64,000 bases of DNA. Origin: the human T2T-CHM13v2.0 reference genome, Homo sapiens. The notes below the pieces were generated by a model. It worked only from the letters and a program-made list of their open reading frames with translations. It did not search any database and was not told the DNA's origin. The DNA is taken from NCBI RefSeq assembly GCF_009914755.1, contig NC_060926.1; one strand, written 5' to 3'. This document shows positions 55,981-64,000 of this stretch, piece by piece. How positions within the stretch are numbered: the first letter of the stretch is position 1; each line of letters starts with the position of its first letter. The translations under genes were made by a program, and so were the position numbers.

Positions 55981-56106
55981 ATTGTTTCACAACCAGTCAC
56001 ACACATTAGTCTTCTTATTACTCAAATTTGCCAAGCATTTTATGCATAAATTTGCTTTTCTGTTTTCCCAGAATGCCATGCCAATGCACATGGCTGCCTC
56101 ATTCTT

Positions 56107-56399
56107 TTCCTTTTTTCTTTTTTGAGACAGGGTCTAACTCTGTTGCAAGAGCAGTGTCACAATCACGGCTCACTGCAGTCTCCACCTCCCCGGCTGAAGC
56201 AGCAATCTTCCTACCTCAGCCTCCCGAGTAGCTGGGACTACAGGCATGTGCCACCATGCCTGGGTAATTTTTAATTTTTTGCAGAGATGGGGTCTTGCTA
56301 TGTTGCCCAGACTGGGCTCAAAGTCCTGGATACAAGCTATCCACCCACTTCACCCTCCCAAAGTGCTGGGATTACAGGTGTGAGCCACCACACCTGGCC
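56107..56399 (-). mobile_element. AluJ with perfect 17-bp TSD
   Basis: GAGACAGGGTCT...CACGGCTCACTGCAG; TSD ATGGCTGCCTCATTCTT at 56090-56106 and 56400-56416. Confidence 0.92.
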
Positions 56400-57039
56400 A
56401 TGGCTGCCTCATTCTTATCTTTAATTCAAATGTCAACTCTTCAGCACTTCTGCTTACTACCCAATTCCCCCACACCACTATGACCAAGTCAGCCTCTTTT
56501 CCTTTTATCTGTTTTTCGTTATAGCTATTATTACTATTAGAATTTTTATTGCTTGCTTCACTAACTAAAATGCCTGACATACAAAAGCTGGTCAATAGAT
56601 ATTTGGTTAAGGAATAAACTAATATTGTGGAGCAAAGACAATTTTTAAAAAATTTCTAAACATCTCAAAATTTTATGCCAAATATCGTAACAATTAAGAA
56701 AAGATAAGAGTGAAAAAACATTTACAAACATAGGAAATTAGCTATAGGTTTAAACTTATAATTAAAAATTATTAGCTTCCCGATAGAAGAATTGTGAAAG
56801 GGAAAAGTGGGTAATTCACAAAGGAGTGAAAACAAATATCTATAAAAATACAGACAAAATTAGACAACTAATAAAAGAAATGAATATTAGAACAAGAAAA
56901 TATTTCTACTTGCCTTTGCCAAATTGACAATGACTCTGTAAATTATTTTTATCAATTGTAGCCAATCAAATGGACAAATATTTCACATATATGTTATGTG
57001 TGCTTGATTAATTTCCTGTTGCTTATCAAGAAAAGAATT

Positions 57040-57880
57040 CCATTCATTCTTCCACCACATGTTTATTAAACACTTAAGTCTCAGAAGCACCATTTAAATG
57101 GTGGAAATTTAATAATGAAACTGAAAATGTCCCTGCACTAAACTATAGCATATATTATATGCTATATACATTGTATAGTGAGACTGACACTAAATAGATG
57201 AACATCAATCAGTGAGAAAATATGTTTACAGAGTAGTAAAATATTCAGAAGTGATAGAAAATGATGAGAGCAGCTACCTTAGATTGGATAGTGAAGAACA
57301 GCCTCTCTGAAGTGGCATTTAGGCTAAAGCTGAATGAAGAAATTGGCTGAAAGTGCAGCCTTGGAAAGATCAAAGTGAGGACCTTCCACTCAGAGACTGC
57401 TAATGCAGGGTACATGCATTATGGAAAAGCTTAGTGTATTAAGAACAAGAGAGCAAATGTGCATGATAGGTTGATTGATACTTAATGAAGTCAGATTATG
57501 CAGGATCCAGGTCACATAAGGTTGTCTACACCAGGGAAAGAATATTAGATACTAGATGAAATGAGATGAAATCAGGAGATTTTTAAGCAGGAGAATAATG
57601 TACTTAATTTATGCTTTTTAAAGATTACTGAGACTGCACAGTGGTGAACTGGAAAGTTACACAAGGATAATGAAATCAGCACAGCCAAGCGGGAGGATGC
57701 TGTAGAAATTCAAGGAGGTGATAATGACTTGTATTATTAGGGTGGTGCGCGGGGAAGTGTATAAAAGTAGATGCATTTGCAGTATTGCTTTGAAGGCAGT
57801 TGAGTGGGTGTAGTGATAGATTTATAGGGAAAGGAAGAAGCATTAAGAAAACACCTAGATTCTTGGCTCAAGAATTCCTC
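57040..57880 (-). mobile_element. L2 fragment
   Basis: TTCCATTCATTC...TTTATTAAACACTTA, GCCTCTCTGAAGTGGCATTTAG, GATTTTAAGCAGGAGAAT. Confidence 0.7.
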
Positions 57881-58249
57881 AGAGCAGAAAAGGATGGACC
57901 ATCTGACTGGAGAATGGACAGGTGGGCAGAGAGCCCAGCAGATGCTAGTGTGAAGAAATATCTGTGCATGTGGACCAGGCCAGAAGCTGATGCACTTCAG
58001 ATCCTGCCGGTGTGGACAGGTTAGGGGCTTCTTCCCCACTGCTGTGATGCTACTACCTAAGCCTATCAAATTAAGCCATCACTCCAGGGAGAAAGTGGAT
58101 AGGGAAATCCATTGCTCCCAAAATTGAGGTTTACCCTGAGTTGATAAAAGCTACATTTTCTGCCATGAGGCATATGGAACCTTGAAGCAGAAACTGTATT
58201 ATATAGACAATTCGGTTGGTGTTTTTAAAATGTCATGCTGTGTATGTAC

Positions 58250-58495
58250 CAAGAGGAATATGTTCCTGCTAAGCTCCATTTATCACGTTTCCTCTGTGTG
58301 CCGAACTACGGTAACATATTTACATGTGTTAGTCACTTAGTCCTTACAAAAACAATCCAAGATTATCCCCATTTTTCAGATGAGAATCTTGAGTCTCAGA
58401 GGGGTTATGAGATTTATTACTCAGTTTGAAGTGAGAGGGCCAAGATTAAAATTCTGTCAGGACTGAATCAAAAGTCCACAGATTTTTGCATCTGC
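58250..58495 (-). mobile_element. MIR
   Basis: ATTATCCCCATTTTTCAGATGAGAATCTTGAGTCTCAGAGGGGTTA. Confidence 0.7.
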
Positions 58496-58979
58496 GGCCC
58501 ACCTCCATGAACGATCTCTCATCACACCATCTCTTACTGAGGAAGTGACTCAACCTGAATCAGTGGAATGTGGTTATTTTCTTCTTATGTCCCTGGGACT
58601 AAGGGGCATTTCATTTCTAAAGCTAGGCGCTTTCTAGTAAGCAGGTATGCTCTTTTCCTGTAGAAGAGGAACGAGAAATTATTGTGCTCATAGTGATTTT
58701 AAAAGTTAGAGCAATGTAACTTCTAGTGCTGTTCTTCTTCACCTTTCTCTTCTCCTTTCCCATTTTTGTTCTCAGATGACAGCCTTGCCTTTTAGTTGAT
58801 TGAATACAGTGAAGACATCAGACAGAAACCTCCACAAGTAGCTGCCACCATGTCAACTTGCCCACATGCCCTTGGACCCAGAATTTACCTTTTTCTGTTT
58901 GAGAAGAAATGTTTGGCTAAGGAAAGTTAGAGAAGGTATTGAATAGCGTCTGATTTGGACTGATTGGTGCGAGTGTATC

Positions 58980-59092
58980 TCTGTGTGGTGTGGTGTATGT
59001 GTTTGCATGTGTGTGTGTGGTAGATAGTATGTTCATGTGTGGTGTGTGGTAAATATGTGTGTTTGTGTGGTGTGGCACGTGGTGCTGTGTGG
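58980..59092. repeat. Degenerate GT-rich (TG/TGG) simple repeat
   Basis: Directly visible. Confidence 0.85.
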
Positions 59093-59319
59093 GGAGAGAA
59101 AGGGAATGGTTGACTACATGAAGAGCTCACTCGAGGTGAGTTACCATGAAATTCAAGTGATCCCAGCCTCTATGGTGGAGCACACTGTTCTAGTAGAGTT
59201 TGGCTGCACAACTGCATACAGTGTAGACAAAGAGTTGTATCTAACCAGGGCTATGGGTGAGTCGAGCAGGATGGGAAGAAAGGGAGCTGAGTATGAATTC
59301 AAAGTGTTCATTTGAAAAC

Positions 59320-59830
59320 TTGACTCTGCATCACTTCCAGCCCTACCCCTACCTCATGTCCAGTACGACCCAATTTCCAGCTGTTCCTTTCTCCCTCTTG
59401 CCCAGTTCACTGCAGACACACTGGCCTCCAGGACTACTCCCAGCTCAGAGTCTTTGCACTCACTCTTCCCTTTGCCTGGATCTCTCTAGCCTCCTCCTTG
59501 TCCTCTTTCTTCAAGTTGTCACACAAATGTTACGTGCTGCTGTGGCCTTTCCTGGCCACTTTATAGAAAATCCACTCCATCTGACATCCCATGTCTGCTT
59601 TATTCTTTCCATTAGCCTCACCACCTGAGCATCAGTTTAATTTACTTGTCTTATTTATCTTGTTAATTGTTTATGTTGAATGTAAGCTCAATCAGAGTAG
59701 AGATATTTGTCTTTCTTTGACATAGTTCTTTACACTAGTTTCCCTTCTACATTCTGTCTTTGCTCTACATGGCTACTTAATAAAGCAATGATATTTGTTG
59801 AAGAAATGAGCAAATGAATGAATGGATAGA
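59320..59830 (+). mobile_element. L2 3' end
   Basis: CTCAGAGTCTTTGCACT...GAATGTAAGCTCAA...ATATTTGTTGAAGAAATGAGCAAATGAATGAATG. Confidence 0.7.
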
Positions 59831-61927
59831 TGGATAGAATTTTAGCTGAGTAAGGAGTAAGATATGATAGGGATGAGGGATGGTGAAACAGTGAAAGGCT
59901 TAAAGACTTGTAGGGCCCACTGGGGAGCTAGGAATTGCTGACATTGAGGTATCAGAGGGATAGAATGGGGAAAAATGGAGGGGATGATCATAGTATGGGA
60001 TAAAGCTATAGGCAAGACAAGGTTTCCAAGGTATAATTATGGAAATAAGATATTGAGAAGTGAAAAGTATTAGCTCCTTAAAGGAGAGGAGGCCAAGGAG
60101 GACATATTTCCTAACTATTGAAATCACCAAGAACAGGCTTGGATTTGGAAGAATGACAGTGAGACAGGAACTAAATCTTCAGAGAATCAGGGGAGTGATC
60201 TTGAGTTAAGAGAGATTGTGATAAGGAGAGAAGGTGCCTGGTAAGCCTCATAACATGAGGTTATGAGTTTTAAGAAAGGGAGAGGATATGGTTTGGAAGT
60301 GGCCCTGTGAAGCAAAGAGAAAAAGGTATAGGAAAGAAGCACATGGCCTAGAGGGCTGTGGAGAAAGTTGAACCTGCAGTGTTGACTGAGGACTTCTCTC
60401 CAGCTGGGGAGGTTTTTTTGTTTGTTTTTTGTCCCCATCGTATAGAGAAATTTATATCAGAGGTAAGGTACAGATGGAGATGAACTAAGGAAAAAAGGGT
60501 TCAACATAAAACCCCAAACCTTAATAGTGCTTCAGGTCTCAGTTATGATTTAATTTTTAAATTAAACAAAATAAATATGTTTTGTGTATTTTCCACATTT
60601 CCAATAATAAACATATATTACTCTTTAATCAGAAGATGACCCAAAAAACATGATGTTTAAATTACCATTGAAGGCACGACCGTATATATTTAAAAAAAAA
60701 GTTACCATTGAGGCTTTATATCAAAGCATCCTTGTTGATCTTCAGCAAATGCAAATCATCCAGGGGTTTGTGACTCCACTTTGCTGCCCTGTGCAAGCTC
60801 TGCTGTGGCATTTCCAGATACCCACTTCCCTGCTATTCCTTTCACCACTATTTTCATGTGTACCTGCCTCAATGCAATTAAATGTTGAGAACCTGATTAG
60901 GCTTTCTGGAGAGCTGTCACCAGGCCACAGCGCTGTCCTGTGCTAGCATGCTGACCTGTGATACCATGCTGACCAGCGACATTTTCAGACTGAAATCCAA
61001 GGCCATTATCAACTTTTATCTAAAGCTGCTAACTCTAGTGACACCTTCTAATCCACTTTGATTACAGACATTTTGGTGTATCACCCTCTTTCACCTTGAT
61101 TCCATTATTACCACCAGATTAAATATATTAGGAGTTTAATTGAGCTCTAATATTAATTAACAAACTTCAAGGTCTGGTCCCTGCATTTCAAACTCAGGGT
61201 CATACAAATTCAGCAATTAAGCCTGCATTTAAATAAAGAAACTGAGTTAATAAGTATAATATATATTTAGTGTTTTATAATTAAAATACTTTTTAAAATA
61301 CATTTGTTCATTCTACCATCAAACTAATTTGAACTATTTGCCTTCATTAGGAGATAAACTTAATATTGGTTATGGACTCTTGTTTTCCTGACCATTAACT
61401 TCAGCAATAACAAAACTATTTAGCATGCACAGCACATAATGTAGGAGATCAAGGTAATCAAAATTATCATTAACTGGTGGGATAAATTTGTCCTTTCTCC
61501 TTTTAGCCTCCAGCAGCCCTAAAAATATTGTGCAATTTGAAGTCTGTAAAAGGGACAAACATGTTGACTAGACTGTGCCTGGTGGAAAGAATTTAAAAGC
61601 AAATTTTTTCACTTGCTTTCTATCCAAAATAGTGTCTTCAAATTTTAATTCAAAAATGTTGTGCTTGAGCTTTTTATCTGCTTTAAATTTGTTTTTCTGC
61701 TTAAAAATAAGGTGGGGATGTTTTCATAAAAAAATGACAGTGTTGTGATTCAACCAGAAAGGAATGTAATCTGTAAAAATCTGTCTTCAGAAAAACAATT
61801 GCTTCCCTTCGGATGGTATGTGGCTTATTGGTTCCAATGCAGGCATTTTTTTTGTATAGCTCCATGACAGCCAGGTTACTCATCCCTCTTCTCCCTCCAC
61901 CTTCTTGATAATGGAATGGTCTGATTG

Positions 61928-62155
61928 CTTTTAAAGCTTTATTGATGTATAATTCATATATAAAAAGTTGCACATACTCTATGTATACATTTTAATGATA
62001 TAAGCATGGACCTATGAAACCATCACCATAACCATGTTGCTGAACATATTTGTCGCCTCCAAAAATTTCCTTATGTTCTCCTGAGTGTGTTTCTTGTTTT
62101 TTTGACTTGGCAGGGGTTGCTGTTGCTGTCTATTTATGGTAAGAACACGAACATG
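61928..62155 (-). mobile_element. L1MA8/9-like 3' end
   Basis: AGCTTTATTGATGTATAATT...TATGAAACCATCACCATA...TGGTAAGAACAC. Confidence 0.7.
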
Positions 62156-62909
62156 AATTAATGTGAATTGAGATTTGTTATTAAATGTAAACTAAGGAAC
62201 CTTTAAAAGTCTAAGACCAGAAGGGAGACTGAACACCCAGCGGATCAAGTGCATGGCCTTCCTGAACAGGAGAGCAAATAACCCAGCAGTGGCAATGCAA
62301 GATAGCAACTCCCAGGGAAGGGGTTACATTTTATCCACAGCAGCACTAGAAACAGTTCCTGGGCACATCTTGCTTTTTAAGGCTGCTCTTCAGAGGAACA
62401 GCCAGCGTCTGTCACCCAGCAAATTCCTGGGAGTCTGGAAATGAAGTGACCATAATCTGCCTAAATCAGGAAAGTGTGTGGCTCACTGTGGGGGGAGGAC
62501 AGGGAAATGTGACTTGGAGGGAGAACCAGGACAGGCTAAGAATTCCTGCTGCCTCTCAGAAATGCATTCTTTAGAGAGTCTGGTGAACTCTAGGGAGATT
62601 GTAAGTACAAGCACTTGCCTTCCAGGCTTTCACAAATACGTTAAGTTCTGTAACAAGAGAACATTTAAGGAATTCATTGGTGATACCCTGTATGTGCTAC
62701 TGTACATTTATCAGCCAATAAATGAAAGATTAATTCTCCATCCTACTTCACAGGGTCAGATGAGCTGTTGAGTCCCTGGGCGACTCAAAATTCTGGTAGG
62801 ATCTGGCATGAGCTTAGAGGATGACTGTCAGGGAAACAGGCCTCTGAACCTCTCAGATGTCCAGGAAGTCAGGACTTTCTCAGCAAGGGCAGGGTGCTGG
62901 GAAAAGAAA

Positions 62910-63299
62910 GTACTCTATTTTTGTTGTTGTATCAAAATACCTTAGACTGTTATATCAAAATACCTAAGGCTGCTCTTGAGAGAAGCAAGAGAAATAAACT
63001 GTGAGAAATGTATTGCTCACAGTTCTGGAGACTGGGAAGTCCAACATCAAAGCACCAGCAGATTCAGTGTCTTGTGAGAGTCCATTCCTCCTAGATGGCA
63101 CCTTCTATGCATGCTCACATGGTGGAAGGGGCTGGGGAGCTGCTTCAGACTTCTTTTATAAGGGCACTAATCTCATTCACAAGGGCTCCACCCTCATGAC
63201 CTGGTCACTTCCAAAAGATCCTGCCCCTTAATACCAACACATTGCGTATTCAGTTTCAACATATACACTTTGGGGAACACAAACATTTAGACCATAGCA
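62910..63299 (-). mobile_element. MLT1A-like MaLR LTR
   Basis: GCTCACAGTTCTGGAGACTGGGAAGTCCAA, TTATAAGGGCACTAATCTCATTCA, terminal GACCATAGCA. Confidence 0.85.
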
Positions 63300-63339
63300 G
63301 AGAGGGAGGGCCCAATTTTTTCCAGCAGCAGAAAAGACT

Positions 63340-63719
63340 GCTGAAAAAATAGCAGAGGGGCAAGCACACAGAGAATAGTTCCTTACGGCTACTGATCAAG
63401 ATAACCTTCATGTTCTCAGCTTGACTACACCCCAGAGGGGCTTCTCCCTACTTCTAGGAACTGTCCTCCCTCTCACCCTGCACTTACATAATCCAGTTGC
63501 CCTAGCTCCAGCGGTCTCTCCCTGACTTTTCTTAGAGCATTTACTTTAGGCACTTGCCATTGTAAATTCGTTTTCTGCCCCTTTGAGATGTACATTTTTA
63601 GAAGCCTTTTGCCAGTTTTGCAACCCAGGACTGTCTTTCTTAAGCACCTTGGAGTCATCCTTTTTCAATGTAATCATCAAGATTGATGACGCCCTTCTCT
63701 CCCAGTCTCTGTGAGAAGG
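63340..63719 (+). mobile_element. Old ERV1 LTR fragment (MER89/MER92/MER110-like)
   Basis: TTAGAGCATTTACTTTAG, CCCCTTTGAGATGTA, CAACCCAGGACTGTCTTTCT, AATGTAATCATCAAG; family uncertain. Confidence 0.5.
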
Positions 63720-64000
63720 TGATATAGTTTGTATATTTGTCCCTGCCCATATCTCACACTTAATTGCAATCCCCAATTTTGGGAGAGGGAGGTGACTGGA
63801 CCACGGGGTGGATTTCTCATGAATGGCTCAGCATCATACCCTCGGTGGCATCCTCACTACAGTGAATGAGTTCTCATGAGATCTGGCTGTTTCGAAGTGT
63901 GTGGTACCTCCCTTCCTCTCTTTCTCCAGTCTTCTCCATGTGAGATGCTTGCTCACCCTTTGCCTTCTGCCATGATTAGAAGCTTCCCGAAGCCTCCCCA
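63720..64000 (+). mobile_element. MSTA/MSTB MaLR LTR, cut by the window edge
   Basis: TGATATAGTTTG..., GAGTTCTCATGAGATCTGG, CCTTCTGCCATGATTAGAAGCTTCCCGAAGCCTCCCCA. Confidence 0.85.

Noticed and set aside
59037-59628. 92- and 123-aa ORFs
   Set aside because: They lie in a GT-rich simple repeat and an L2 3' region

Overview
Primate, very probably human, AT-rich and CpG-poor non-coding DNA (intergenic or deep intronic), dominated by interspersed repeats. I find no credible protein-coding gene or RNA gene: the listed ORFs are short and fall in Alu, L1, LTR or microsatellite sequence, or look random. Main content: about 12 Alus; young and old L1 fragments; L2 and MIR remnants; DNA transposon fossils (Charlie1, MER1A, MER45A, MER6B); MaLR LTRs; a solo LTR6-like element; a decayed ERVL RNase H-integrase segment with its LTR; and a two-LTR MER4A1-type provirus (47957-55294) with TSD, PBS and PPT. 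The most unusual structure is a 213-bp inverted repeat (29136-29348 / 29987-30199, 210/213 identical) inside an old ERVL LTR, with perfect fold-back hairpins beside it and within its spacer. This suggests a template-switch rearrangement and a candidate recurrent or polymorphic micro-inversion. I do not see evidence for a new gene system. Repeat family names come from recalled consensus sequences, not a database search, and boundaries of old repeats are approximate.
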